A stretch of 64,000 nt of DNA from Octopus sinensis (lineage: Eukaryota), in NCBI RefSeq assembly GCF_006345805.1, contig NC_043005.1, positions 102,858,001 through 102,922,000 on the forward strand. Reading direction: 5' to 3'. The notes beneath the pieces were generated by a model. It had not been told where the DNA came from. It searched no databases and saw nothing but the letters and a program-made list of their open reading frames with translations. The position numbers and the translations under genes are program-made. Of this stretch, positions 12,791 to 26,710 are shown in pieces. Every line of letters starts with the position of its first letter. Position 1 is the first letter of the stretch.

Positions 12791-12794
12791 ATAT

Positions 12795-12848
<54 letters not shown>

Positions 12849-12849
12849 G

Positions 12850-12880
<31 letters not shown>

Positions 12881-14958
12881 TATATATATCTCTCTCTATA
12901 TATATATACATATATATATATATATCCATGCAGATCACACACACACACACTCGCACACATACATATATATTCATGTAAGTATACATAAATATCAGTATCA
13001 AATTAGCATCTTAGCAAAGTTGCCACAAACTGTCTCGAAGAAAAGTATTGTATGCAATGGAGTTCGAAAAAGATGGAATCAGGATGCGAGGTGTTACGAT
13101 AAAACTGGAAATCAATCCGTTTTCCGTTCGTCGCTAACAAAAAGACACAGCTTGTTTAAAAACTTTTCTACTGAATCAAATATTCGCAAATGATATTAAA
13201 TGTACAGATGGTATCTACGATTGAACGTCTTTTACTGTTTATAGAATTATGTTCACTTTTAGATTTGATTTCTGGTGTAAAAGAAGCATCGAAACTTTTC
13301 TTTTACGTTTACATTTCCTTTGGAGTATTGGAAATGATTCATCTTTTCGCTACAACAACTAAACTGACTTTCACAACAACAACTAAAGCTCTCTCAAACC
13401 TTATTTTGAAAACGTCTAGTAAATTTAGTTCTAGATAAGATAATTATTGACAGAGCTATTGCGAAATGAAGAAAACAAAATTAAGAACGTTAAGCAACGG
13501 ATATTGGTAAATTTAGCAAGTAGTTTAGAGAAAATTTATTTCATCCTATTCAGCTGAAATTTATCATCAATCACCAGGAAGAAAGTAGTGATCTATTTAA
13601 AGAATTTCTTATATTAAAAGATTTTAAAACGATCGAACTTAATGGTAAAAAGTACATAGCTACAACTTAATAGGTAACATTAAACCTACCAATTTAGTTT
13701 GCTCTAATCTTGAAATATTTTATTTTTATTTTGATGAATTTTATTTTGTGTTTTGAAAATGAAATCAGGGGGACATTTAGTGAATAATTTGAATATGTGA
13801 ATGTGAAAATGGTAAGAAATAAGGAAACGAATTTAAGCTGAAGTAAATCGGGCATTTGTTGAGGTATTTATGGACAGAATGTTGATTGTGTTAGCAGTAT
13901 TATAAGTGCTCGTGATAGTGGTAGTGGTAGTGGGTGTAATGATCTTCGGGGTAGTATACGGTCATAGAGATAAAGAAATGTTAGGGTAGTGGACATTGCA
14001 ATGACCGTGTAGTAGTGATGATGCTGAAAATGTAATGAAGAACACAGGTGGGAAAATGGCGGCAAAACTTTGCAGATAAAACTTAGCAGCTGTGGTTATG
14101 ATTCCATCAGTACCCGAATCCTTGCAGAAATGTTTTCTATTTAATCCATCTTAATATCAGACATACCAAAAGCATCTAAGGAAAATTTCATAAGCCGAAA
14201 CGATGTGTAAGCATTCTGACAGTAAACCCGATACTCTCTGAGGCCCCAGAATCATCACTGAGTGTGCATCGCGTAACATTCGCAAGATGCATCTTAAAAC
14301 GATATGCATAGATGTTTGTGTGTGCCTGTACCATAACTTCCAGTTAACGTGTCATCCCTTGACGACAATGTAACTTCCATATGACTAAGGTATCTTTGGT
14401 CTGATAAGTAGCTAGTGGATTAGCCCATATTTGTGTAATTACTACTTCAGATGTTCTGCTACTTAGGAAACATATGTAACCTGGATTCTATCTACTCCAT
14501 TCCCTGAGTGTGTGTATATATATATATATAATTAAATAAGGGTAGAAATTGATATTAATCAATTAAAACCAGTGGCCTAACATATTTAAAATGAAATCCG
14601 AAGATTAATTTTTTTTACATACAAAATTTAAAGGACTGACCACTAAAAAAAAAAATTCCTTCTCCTGTATTTTTCTCAACTGTCTCGTTTACATCAGCAT
14701 ACTTGTTTCTAGCCTCTTCCTTGTATCTCTCTCTCTCTCTTTCTCAATAGCTAACCATGAACCACATAGGTAATTCGTTTTTTATTTGGTATATTTTCAT
14801 TTGTCTTGCTCATTTTTACACTTTGTTTCTTTTGCTGAATTTTTTCTTGAGAACACATTCTTCGTGGAAAATGGCGATTTTGACATCTATATCTAGCATA
14901 CAGGCTGTCTTTTTTTTTATTGGTCAGTCCTCAAATTTTGTCATATATGTATATATAT

Positions 14959-15033
<75 letters not shown>

Positions 15034-15100
15034 TAATCCAAACATGAAAACACAAAGACACACACAGACACACAGTCATTCACACACACACTCACACGCA

Positions 15101-15152
<52 letters not shown>

Positions 15153-17125
15153 AGCACATAGGGGTACCTAATTGGAATTTCAGCAAGATATGTAACGAAT
15201 CCATCCAGTTATTCTTTCATTCCCGCAATCCACTCCCAACACTGCATCGTTATATTTTATAAATCCCGAAAAGCCGGAAGACAAAGTTAATTTCGAAATG
15301 ATACAATTTTAGAAGGTAGAGATTCAAAACTGATGACTCGAGACATTGAGTTCGGCACAAAAATAATGATACCAGTTCGCCATTTTATGTTACGTAACCG
15401 TTCTTATGTCATTAGGATTTCTTAACTAAAATAATTATTCCGTGAGGCAATTTGAAAACTGTACCAGATGAATCTGAAATACGTATCATTTCGTATTCAC
15501 TCATCTCTTAACTTTTTCGCATTCACTCTCCTTTCTTATTCCAATGTAAAAATTAAATAGTAGTATTAATTATTGCAAAGTTATAAGCAATACTAACAAA
15601 GCAGCAGTCCCTGTTGTATCAGGAATACCCTCAGCAATTACAAGGCAGATTAAGTAGACCAGTAAATAGACTGTTTTTCTTTATATATAAATATATTTTT
15701 TTCATCTCGTCTGTAAAAATCCAAATGACATTAAAATCGGATTTAGACTTTTAGGAATCGATATATAATTGGGCTATATAGACCACAGCCTTACTTTGTA
15801 GAGTAAGTATTTTCTACGAAAGACATTGTGCTTGCAGTTTTGACAACGCTGTTGCTAGAATTCTATAGTGTTGTGTTTTCGATCTCAAATTAGAATTACA
15901 TGAAAATTCGCTGAAGATTATAATTTTTGTCTCCTGAAAACAGAACTACGTAATTTAACGCTTCGAACTCTTTTACTTCGTCTATTATACTTCTTTATTT
16001 CTTTCGGAATTTAAAAGTACCAAACACATAATTCTCCAGCGAATTAATTATTGCTGAAAGATAATCACTAGCTAATTTAGATTCCCAATGTTATCGTAAC
16101 TTAATTTTTTAAAATTAATATACTAATGAAGACTGCTACAGCCGAATTGTTACATATATTCCCCTGTAGAGGGTGAGTATTTCTCCTTTTTACTTATTAT
16201 TTATACACTATTCTATGTAGTTTTAGCATGAATGACATTTAGATATATCTCTTCTCATACTTCACTCAAAAAGAGATGAGACTGAACTCGCTATATGAAA
16301 TGAATAACTTATCAGATGGTCATTTAAACTTAGGGATACAATTTTTGTTTGTAATGAACTATCATAGTTACGATTGTTTGAAATCATGTTTATTGCTAAC
16401 AGCAGGAATTAAGTGATAGTCGGGTATTACTGCAAGCGTATGTGTCTTATAACAATGATACCATTCCGAAGCATTAGGAGTTTGTTAGGAGATTCAGAAT
16501 AATAGATCCAAATATTCCCACACATTCACAGTAAATTTTTGCTGTGATGTTGGGTATTGAATCCATGGAAGATCACTGTATTTGGATTATTTCAACAAGT
16601 GAAATATTCATAGCCATTTTGTCAAAATACCAAGTCAAATATCTCGAAATGGATTTTCTAAAGTGGAAGTATCCATAACAGATAAGAAGAATATGAAATG
16701 GTAATAGGCTGGAAAAATCTGTATGCAACTCAATACCATGGGAAATGCACTTATAAGAACTAACGGTACCCTTTACAACAGGGTGGAGCGAAAAAGGGGC
16801 TTTTTAAACAGATTATCGAAATATGTTTTAAACAATATATTTTTTTGTTGCAAAAGTTTTTCACATCATCTGGGTTAAAATCTGAAGCTCTTAAATTTGC
16901 ATCTTCAAGCTCCGCAACCCTCTTGGCATTTTGAATAATGAGCGAAAAAATCAATTTATAACACGTTTGCTGTTCCTCATATAATTTTTTACATTCATTA
17001 TTACGAGTCAATGTTTTTTTGCGAAATTCTTTAGTAACAGGTGAAGATAAAGATTTTCCAATTCCATTTTCCATGAAACGAAGAGACGTCAACAAAAACA
17101 TAAGTTCAAAAACACCAATGAACGA

Positions 17126-17518
17126 ATGAAATTCTCAGAACTAGCTTCTGCCTGTGAGCGCACTGCTGTATCCGACCGTGCTGGTGCTCTTCTTACAAGT
17201 TCGGCCATCAGCGACTTAATGACAAATACATCTGGCACATGTTTTTTTTTTCTTACAGACAGATCAAATGAAGGATGGGAAGGATCTGGAAAACGTAAAT
17301 CCCTGAAAAAGGAAAGTAGGCCACATAAACTACTGAGTATTTTGATTGAAGGAGGGACAAACACCTCACAAGTGAACAAATGGGAAAAAAAATTTCGTAA
17401 GAAAACAACTCAAGAAGAACACATTTCATTGATAGAAGAACCTGAGTCCCCCTATCTTGACGCTATAAGTTCAAAATCCTTTGCTGAAGTAGACTGTGAC
17501 CTGGTAGATTCTTTCTAA
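17126..17518 (+). pseudogene. Decayed DNA-transposase fragment, hAT-related (hATx/hATm-like)
   Basis: The peptides ACERTAVSDRAGALL…A and EEHISLIEEPESPYL resemble the CERxGVSDRA…EEHISLxxEPxSxY signature as I recall it for these transposases. The subfamily call is from memory. Confidence 0.55.
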
Positions 17519-17544
17519 CCAACTACTGAACGTTCTGTTTAGAT

Positions 17545-18356
17545 GCTGCATTAGGTGGTAACAATTCAAAGTCAATTACTCGTTTGCGATCAGACAGATA
17601 GAGAGAAGAACTTTTTCCCATGAAATTCCTTTCTCGGTTGTGGTGAGCTTTTCCGTTTTACCAAGCGACTGTTTACGACGTTTAACATTTCGATAGAAGA
17701 TCCATTCTTCGTCACCTGCCACAAGTCTATCAAAACAGGAGGAAATGAGTTCGTGAGAATGGAGAGAAGATCAGATGTCAACTCGAGATTTGCGGTTGCT
17801 TTCGGACAATTCATGAGGCACCCATTTTCCAAGTTTAGGAACCATTTCAAGTTGCTGAAAACGACGATGAACAGTTATATGGCTTGAACTAAGCTTTATT
17901 GACAATTCTTCAACTGATAATGCATGATAATCTACAATTAATGCCTCAAGGAGCTTATCATGAAACTCAACTGGACGTCATGTTCGATCTCCATCTTCAA
18001 GGCTGAAATCTCCACTTCTGAATTTTGGAAACCATCTTCTGCAAGTTCTTTCATACAAGTATTCTTTCCGATACACTGAGTGTATGTTTCGAGTCGCTTC
18101 GGCTGCAGATTTTTCCTTGTTTGTACTCATAAAGCATTATGTGCCACAAATGCTCTTTGGATACTTCCATGCTAGAAAGGGTTTTAATCAAAGAAATGTT
18201 AATTCTATTATTCTCTAAAATGTTATTTAATTAGTTTAAATGTACACAAATACATTAAAATAATTATTAATTCCATTAGACATTCTAAGATACTATTAAA
18301 TTTCATTCAATTTTAAAAAGGATAAAATCAGTCAGAACTTATGGGATGACCCGATA
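17545..18356 (-). mobile_element. Mariner (DD34D-type) element, 5' TIR plus N-terminal two-thirds of a decayed transposase
   Basis: The minus strand starts TA-TCGGGTCATCCCATAAGTTCTG (TIR-like). It then encodes MEVSKEHLWHIMLYEYKQG…CRRWFSKFRSGDFSLED…KLGKWVPHELSE…DRLVAGDEEWIFYRNVKRRKQ…VIDFELLPPN with frameshifts. Confidence 0.88.
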
Positions 18357-18489
18357 GATGCTTAGGTTTTGGTGCCTAGTTTGGAGGAGGTCTTGTGGCA
18401 TATATATCGTAAGAAAATAATTCAAGAAGAACATATTTCATTGATAGAAGAACCCGAGTCCCATATAATATATATATATATGATTTAGG

Positions 18490-18710
18490 AATTCAATACC
18501 CATACATATCTTACATCTATTTTCTTTCCGCCACCTCACTCTTTATTTGTATCACATCGAAACTAACTACGTCTTAATTTTTCCTCTCACACCGTCTAGA
18601 TGAAGGGATATTACAATTTAATATCCTAGAAACAGCTGTAAGACCTTCTATCAACAAATGCTCTAATATCTATACAGCCTTGGTTTTATCACATTACGCA
18701 AAAAATTCTC
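18490..18710 (+). mobile_element. PLE pLTR remnant in (TA)n with a hammerhead-like motif (18594-18644)
   Basis: GTCT-AGATGA-A-GGGATATTA caatt TAATATCCT-A-GAA-ACAGCTGT-A-AGAC. It has an 8-bp stem II, a palindromic stem III (ACAGCTGT), a GTA triplet and stem I GTCT/AGAC; the core is imperfect. Confidence 0.6.
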
Positions 18711-19128
18711 ATATAAATATATATATAATATATATATATATTATATATATATATATATATACCGTGTATGGATGTATATATATATATATTCTAATCATCT
18801 ATCTATCTATCTATCTATCTTCTATCTATCTATCTATCTATCTATCTATCATCTATCTATCTATCTATCTATCTATCTATATATATATATATATATATAC
18901 ATACCGTGTATTAGTCAGTGTTTTCAAAGCGATGAATAGCTTTGCGTAAACCATGGTACGCTTGTCTCTTACTTTATTATAATCATCTTATAATCATCTC
19001 ATAATAATGACTTTTATGACTCTTATTACTAGCTCTTTCCATCTAAATGTATATATTTGTCGTTACCTGTCATAAAAAATAGCCTTTTTGTATTTGCAAT
19101 GTGCATTTTCGTTGATTTTTTATATTTT

Positions 19129-20843
19129 AAATTAGAAGACAATTGCCTTTTGGTGGTCAAGAGGAGGTATTCAGTTTGTTAAGTGGAGGGAAGAAGTAGA
19201 TAAATATACATGAAAAAACATATAAAATAAATATACATACAAACACACATACATACACATGCGAATATACATATATACATACATACGTACGCACATGTAT
19301 ATACATACAAACAAACACACACATACAAATACACATACACACACACATATATATATACATATATATACACATATATATATATATATATACATATACACAT
19401 ACATATACATACATACACACACACACGCACATATATATATATATACACATACACATATACCCATATATACATAAACACATATATATTTTTTTCCTCTCAT
19501 CTTCCTCCCTTATTTTTATTTTTATTTTTATTTTCCCTTATCTTTATTTGTCTCTCTCCCCTTCTCCAAACACACAGAGACACACACACACACGCACGCA
19601 CACACACAGACACAAACACACACGGACACACAGAGACACACACACCTCCACAAAACAATCATACAAAGTAGAAGAGTTCTTAGACCCCATATGTCATTTG
19701 ACCATCCTCAAAATCATAAAAGGTGTAATTTATGGCCTGCCTACCCACCAACACACACTCAGTGACACTAGAATAGACAAGAGCTAAAATTCTTAGGACT
19801 CCCTTGGGGGTCCAGCAGGCCAAAGGAAGTCCTTCTTCTACTCCCCTCTCCCTTCCCCCATTTCTCTTTAGCCTCAGATACAAACGCACACACGCACACA
19901 CTCACACACACACTCATACACATACACACATGTTCTCTCTCTCATTTCCTCCTCATCTACTTTACCCTCTTATGCTGTCTTATACCTCCCGACCACTATG
20001 AAACTCTGTAAGGAATTATTTTGATTTGAAAACCCCACTAGAATGGGAGAAAGCGCTAATGATCTGAATGATAAGATCTGAATGATATGATATATATATG
20101 TAAAAAATGTAATATATAAATGAATATCTGTAAATATGAACCATCCGATCTTCTGATTACCTCATTTCTTCTCATATATAATACCTGTACATCATCTCCA
20201 AGCCTTCCAATACATACATATATATATACACATACACATACATATACATCCATATATACATATATATACACATACAAATACACATATGCATACATCCATA
20301 AATGTACCCACGTTCATATAAACTTATACATAACTATGCACACATAAACATATATATAAATATACATCTGTACACATGAACACACACATAGATATATGCC
20401 CGCATCTATAAACGCAAATGCACATATAAAAAGAGACAAATAGAGATAAGAGAAAATAAAAATAAAAATAAAAATAAGGGAGGCAGATGAGTGGAAAAAA
20501 AAATATAATGTGTGTATGTATATATGGGTATATGTGTATGTGTATATATATATATGTGCGTGTGTGTGTGTGTATGTATATGTATGTGTATATGTGTATA
20601 TATATATATATATGTTATATATATGTATAATAATATATATTATATGTGTGTGTGTGTGTAGTGTATTTGTATGTGTGTGCTGTTATTGTTTTGCATGTAT
20701 ATACATGTGCGTACGTATGTATGTATATATGTATATCGCATGTGTATGTATGTGTGTTTTTTTGTATGTATATTTTATTTGTATATTTTCTTACTCTTTT
20801 GGTTACCTCCTCTTGACCACCAAAAAGCAATGTCTTCTAATTT
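19129..20843. repeat. Long imperfect inverted repeat: arms ~19129-19555 and ~20432-20843, spacer ~880 bp
   Basis: AAATTAGAAGACAATTGCCTTTTGGTGGTCAAGAGGAGGTA pairs with TACCTCCTCTTGACCACCAAAAAGCAATGTCTTCTAATTT. The microsatellite-rich interiors and the inner ends (TATTTGTCTCT/AGAGACAAATA) also mirror each other. Confidence 0.88.
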
Positions 20844-21076
20844 ACCTACCCCATCCCATATATCTGTTTCTATTCAATTATTTCTATTTATTCATTTATT
20901 TACTTTCTCACTGATTCTTCTCATTTCAAAAAAATCTGGCCTTTTGACCACTCCCCTAAGAACAATAGCCTGTGCCCTGTTTATCTCCTAAATACCAACT
21001 TACCAAAAACCGTCCCCCACCACCACCCCATTAAATCTGCCTAAATGTATAAATACCAGACCTTATTTTGACAGCA

Positions 21077-21127
21077 AGCTTCCTGACGATTTCATCTGAA
21101 TGAAACAGTTCTAGTCATGTAGAAGCT
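21077..21127 (+). ncRNA. Type I hammerhead ribozyme motif at the 3' end of a probable PLE pLTR
   Basis: AGCTTC-CTGACGA-TTTCATCTGAAT-GAAACA…TGTA-GAAGCT. Stem I is a perfect 6 bp, the CUGANGA and GAAA cores are intact, and the cleavage triplet is GUA (21119-21121). Stem II is short with a U·U at its base. Confidence 0.75.
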
Positions 21128-21169
21128 CCTTCTCTAAAATAATATATAAATATATATATATATATAATA

Positions 21170-21501
21170 AAGACCCCCTTCGGTCATGAGTGACCATGGG
21201 TTTGCACCTAGAGAGTTCCTCTGAGGCACAAGTCTGGGCAGGTTGTTTTATGGAAGACCAGTAGTCGCCCATGCATACCAGCTTCCCCTCTCCACGCCAC
21301 CAGTGTTACCAAGGGAAGACAAAGGTCGATACAGCTTGGCACCAGTGACGTCGCTACTCATTTCTACAGCTGAGTTAACTGGAGTAACGTGAAATAAAGT
21401 GTCTTGCTCAAGAACACAAAGCGCAGCCCGGTCCGGGATTCGAGCTCACAACCTCACGATCGTAAGCTCGACGCTCTAACCACTGAGCCATGCGCCTTCA
21501 C
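21170..21501 (-). mobile_element. tRNA-derived SINE with a CORE-like central domain (family C)
   Basis: The minus strand has A box TGGCTCAGTGG, B box GAGCTCGAATCCC, then GTTCTTGAGCAAGACACTT…ACTCAGCTGTAGAAATGAG, which resembles the CORE domain. Confidence 0.8.
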
Positions 21502-22282
21502 TATATATAATATATATATATATATATATATTATATTATTAGTATTATATTATATATATATATATATTATATATATATATATATATATACATATATATAT
21601 AGAGAGAGAAGAGAAAGATCATATCGTACTATATTATATTAAATTCTTCTTTTACAGTGCACTTATGTATTATGCGCTTACGCACCAGAATTGTTGTGAG
21701 GTTATTATTGGTAATATTAGTGCTGATACTGATAAGATATTTGTAGTCTTGGTATATTGAAAGAAGCCGATATATCGGCATCAATGCTAAAGCAGCGTAT
21801 AGACTGAAGATATTTTGCAAGTATGGTTAGAGCAGTGGTTAAAATTGATAGAATAGCCAGTTATGTTTTGTCCCCCTTTCGGGTACAAATCCAGCAATCC
21901 AGATCTTGCCTGTAACATTTACTATGTCAGTATTGATCAGTGCTATTTAAATGTTGCTGTTGATTTGATCAAATATGCCACCTACAAAAACATTTCACTC
22001 TGTGTCAGTGTTAAATATCAAATAAGAACAGTAGAGCACGTAAGTTTTAAACTGCCGGTGGGAAAGTATAGATGCATATAGAAATATTAAATTGCATTTT
22101 TGATAACTGAATGTAGTGGGAGATGGCAGAGAGGCGGTATTTGCTGATATGGGTGTGGAGGTGATCGGAATGGTGTAGGTTGTACTTTTAATATTATCAG
22201 GGCTTGTGTGGTAGTGGATGTGGTGGCATTGAAGTAGCAGAAAGCAGCATTTATAAAAAGAAGGAAAAGAAATAAAAGAAGA

Positions 22283-22562
22283 ATGCGGATGAGGAAGAGG
22301 AGGTGGAGGAGGAGAAGAGGGGAAGGAGGAGGAGAAAAAGAAGAAGGAGGAGGAGGAGGAGGAGGAGAAGAAAAAGAAGAAGAAGAAGAAGAAAGAGAAG
22401 AAGAAGAAGAAAAAGAAGAAGAAGAAGAAGAAGAAAAAGAAGAAGAAGAAGAAGAAGAACAAGAAGAAAAAGAAGAAGAAGAAGAAGAAGAAGAGCAGAA
22501 GAAGAAGAAGAAGAAGAAGAAGAAGAAGAAGAAGAAGAAGAAGAAGAAGAAGAAGAAGAAGG
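22283..22562. repeat. Polypurine (GGA)n/(GAA)n microsatellite
   Basis: ~280 bp almost pure purine strand ending in a long perfect (GAA)n. Confidence 0.97.
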
Positions 22563-25521
22563 CAAATATAAATTAGCAGAAGATGAAGAACATAGGAGGG
22601 GGTTCCTTTCAAAACGTTATATAATTAAAGCTGAGTTTGCTTTCCTCAGTGATAACTGGATCGGATCAGTAGTTCAGGCAGAATTCTCACTTGATATCAT
22701 AATATATTGCAATTTAAACTAACATTAACAAAAGGATGTAGCAAAAATTGTAATGCATATTCCCTAAGATAGAATCTGATTTTATAATATGAGGTAGAAT
22801 AATTTAATTATTGTTATAATGTATTTTCACAACATTAATCGTTCTCTTGTTGTTCCTGTTCCGTTCATCCAATAAACCCAGAAAAAAATTTTGTTTAATA
22901 TATACATGTTTATGTTTTACTTTAATGTAGAATAAATGGATGCGCAATTTCAAAATTTCAAAATAACAAATAATTATGGAAAATATTTGTGTGTGGGTAT
23001 ATGTGTTTTGTGTGGTGTTTGTGTGTTTTATGCATGTATGTATGACCACACACATATCTGTGTGTGTACGTATATACATGACACACACATACACACACAC
23101 ACACACACACATATATATGTATTGTATGTATGGATATATATATTATATGTATATATATGTGTGTGTGTGTGTGTGTATGTGTGTGTGTATGAATTTCATA
23201 TCGGACTATGGACTCAATGCATCTCTCTGCTTTACCCCTAGTCAATAAGAGTGTCCAATAGTAAATATACATATGTCCATAAATACATGTGTGTGTGTGT
23301 GTCTGTGCGTGTGTGTGTGTGTGTCTGTGTGTGCGTGCATATGTGTGTGTGGGTGTGTGCGTGTACACAAAGTATACGCTGCGATATGAAAATAGATCCC
23401 TCCTTTGTGAGTCTACTTATGAAATATCGAGAGACTTCTATATAGGAAAAAGCATAAAGAAAATATCGAAACTTCCTTAAACTTATGACAAAGAAACTGG
23501 AAAAGTCCTTTGTTGATTGACTTAAGGAATAAATGCACAAATAAATTAAAAGAATTTGAGAAACTCCTCAATGAAGTTAATAAATAATATTCGATTCTCC
23601 ATGGTTTACAATCAGAGAATGTACCCATTTTTAGTCATCGTTATAAAGAAGCAAAGACAGATATTTACTTGCCAAGAAATATAGATGGATATTTACTCAA
23701 CAATGCAATAAAGATGGGTTCTTACTATAACGGCATCGACTGCAAGCAACGTCCTCTATTCAATTCATGCCATCTGCCACAAACCAAATTAAATGCATTT
23801 TATAACCTGGATAGAAGCATTTATACAAAAGTATGCGACGCAAATATCTGTGACATGAGATTTCAAGAACTGAAGGCCACTTCTTGTAAGAAATTATCTA
23901 CCATCCTTAATTGATAATGGGACACAACCAGCCACGAAATTCAGTTGCCTGAAAAGAGGCAAAAAAAAAATTAAAATTGAGAATGTACGTTATCCCGTAC
24001 TTTTCCTCGTACTAAACAAGGAGTTCTGTAACACCATTTTCTCAAATATACCAATAATATCAAAAAGCCACAAGCTGAACGAAATAATGCAAACACATAT
24101 TATAAGAAAGGGATAAAAATCACTAAAAAAATGTAAACGGGACCAACAGTTGAAACTTAGGAAGCCGTGATTGTAGTAAATGTTTTAATCTAACGCAAAA
24201 AAGAAAACGCAAATATGTTTAATATAAAGACAACGCTTTACAATAAAGAAATAGCTTCAAATATGTATCTGAAGCTTTAAACTATGCAATTATATGCTCA
24301 AAATGGAGAGTAAATTTCACTGGACAAAGGAAGATTCCATTCGACAACGTATAAATCTACATGTATTGAAAATCGAAATAGAGGAAGACACGCCAATGAC
24401 ATGTAGACATGTGATATGTAGACATACGTTCAGGTAAAAAAAAAAATGCTTCACGATGTTTCATCTATAATAATTTTGAGATTATACAATTCACCAACGA
24501 CACAACGACAAAAAACTATCCTTCATAACCAAGTTATAACCACGTTGAAATGTCCGTGGCAAATAATGGGTGACAAATATCGCTGACGCAGTAGTATATA
24601 TGTATGTACGTAGATACACACATATTGCTGACATCAATAAGCATTTATAAGCATTGAGAGAGAGTGAAATATTAATGTTTTATAACGGTAGACCTCGAAG
24701 CTGTTAGTGCTACATATGGCGTGTAAATATTCGCTGAAAAGATTCTTTAAATAAAGCCGAAGGATGTTCCCGAGACTCGAAACCACATCATGTTTACATA
24801 AGATGTGAGTTCGACTCTCTCGGGCAGGCTTCGACATGTCTTCTATCCAGAGGTTCCTTTAACCCAATATATACATGATATTACTTATATCTTATTGATT
24901 ACAAAATAATTGATTTACATGGAATAAAATACCATGCTATTCTATATCAAAGTAAATTTTGCAAGAATTAACAATAAAAATTATCTCTTCAGTCTGTCTT
25001 AAATCACGAACTTAGAATGAAATAAGCGGAAAGATTCCTTGTAACCAGAACGAGATATATATATCACATCGAAGGCCAAGTGGCCCATTTACCATCAGTG
25101 ATATTATGAAAATGTATAGTACTCATTACATTATTGATATTCTCGTAAGAATAATTGAAATAAAATATAATTACTGAATATATACGTTGGCTAATTCAGC
25201 GTATCAGTGTAAAAATTTATGCATGTACTTAATATATGCAAAAGCACATAAATTGTCGTGTTTTTCATAAAGAAGATTGCCTCTACTTGCAATGCTACCA
25301 AATATACTATGATATTCTTTGTCCAGAAATGAATGACAATAAACAAATTTAAAATTTACTTGTCCGTATAGCCTGTTTCATAGTTGGAATATATTGAAAA
25401 CGTATAACTATTTAAGGTTTATTGGTTCAGCATTTATAATCATGGTAACAATTGTCTAGCAGGGAAGAATGATATAATCTGATATTCACAAGTTTCTCAT
25501 TGGCATAATTAGCTTAAATTA

Positions 25522-25885
25522 ACCCATGACTGGCATCCGTGCTAGTGGGGTGCAAAGAGCACGATACGAGTGTGATCATTGACAGAGCGTCACGTAAAAG
25601 GGCACCATTCGAGCGTGATCGTTACCAGCATCGCCTTACTTGCACCTGTGCCGGTGGCATGTATAAAAAGATTTGAGCGAGGTCGTTGCCAGTAACGCTT
25701 GACTGGCCCCCGTGCCGGTGGCACGTAAAAGCACTCACTACACTCTAGGAGTGGTTGGCGTTAGGAAGGGCATCCAGCTGTAGAAACTCTGCCAGATCAA
25801 GATTGGAGCCTGGTGCATCCATCTGGTTCGCCAGCCCTCAATCAAATCGTCCAACTCATGCTAGCATGGAAAGCGGATGTTAAAC

Positions 25886-25931
<46 letters not shown>
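25522..25931 (+). mobile_element. SINE body/tail with a Nin-like domain and (GAT)n tail
   Basis: TGGTTGGCGTTAGGAAGGGCATCCAGCTGTAGAAAC resembles the Nin domain. It has internal GTGCCGGTGGCA subrepeats and a (GAT)n tail at ~25887-25930. No intact tRNA head is visible. Confidence 0.7.
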
Positions 25932-26710
25932 ACTAGCAAGTAGTGTTCTCAGTTTGCCTGAACACAGCTTATTATTATTGCAGGAGATTTTTACATCCAA
26001 GGGAGATAATATTGATTTTGTTACATTAGCATAGGTCCACAATTTGCGATGGTGGGACATTGCCGATTAAAAGGACGTGAATGCATATATCGCTGTTTAG
26101 TATGGTGAAGGAAATCGCTAAAGGATTGCAATCTTGCACTCTATACTGTTCTCCAAGAATGTAACGAGCAGCACGTCAGCTCAGACTAATAACATTTATA
26201 ATCAAAGGGGTTCCACATATGACAATAAGTTTATCCTGTTCAGACATTGCGCTTTAACGCAGGCATTAACTAATTTACGCCTACGTTTTGATGGTTGTAT
26301 GGTACTATTTGTGAGTGTTTTCGAAAGTTTCTCGCATTTACACCAACTAACTAGAGACAGCGCTTCCAAATGTTCACTTGAGATATTGTTGTATGTATTT
26401 TTAGTCCCATCTCTCCCATAATCCAGATATGATCAAAATGTCTTTTGCTCTAGACATAGCTTATCTATGAATTTCTTATATGTTTTAGTTTCTAATTTCA
26501 AGGTAATAAGTGGAATTTCAGTGAATTTTGGCTGCTCTTTCTAGCTGACAGTACGATCATTTAGTGCACTCTTTCACTGCCTCCTCACAAGAAAGATATT
26601 TCATGATGTTTGAGTGAAAAATATAAATATAGAGAAATATGCTGGCTAAAGGATCGAAAACCTAGGACACAATACTACATTTTGATGCGTATAATATATT
26701 ATTTACTCTA

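Noticed and set aside
16500-16700. Possible Tc1/mariner catalytic fragment on the minus strand (NPN…QHH…FTVNVW)
   Set aside because: Too short and frameshifted to call.
16760-17101. 113-aa minus-strand ORF beside the hAT-like fragment
   Set aside because: No motif recognised; it may be transposon-derived but cannot be assigned.
21420-21501. tRNA gene (also the heads of family-A SINEs)
   Set aside because: A and B boxes are present, but there is no convincing cloverleaf and the sequence continues into a SINE body.
22251-22722. Poly-E/K/R and poly-L/S/F ORFs
   Set aside because: They are artefacts of the (GAA)n tract.
23380-23900. Possible GIY-YIG remnant (YEISRDFYIGKS)
   Set aside because: A single short motif with many stops and no supporting RT or Cys motifs.
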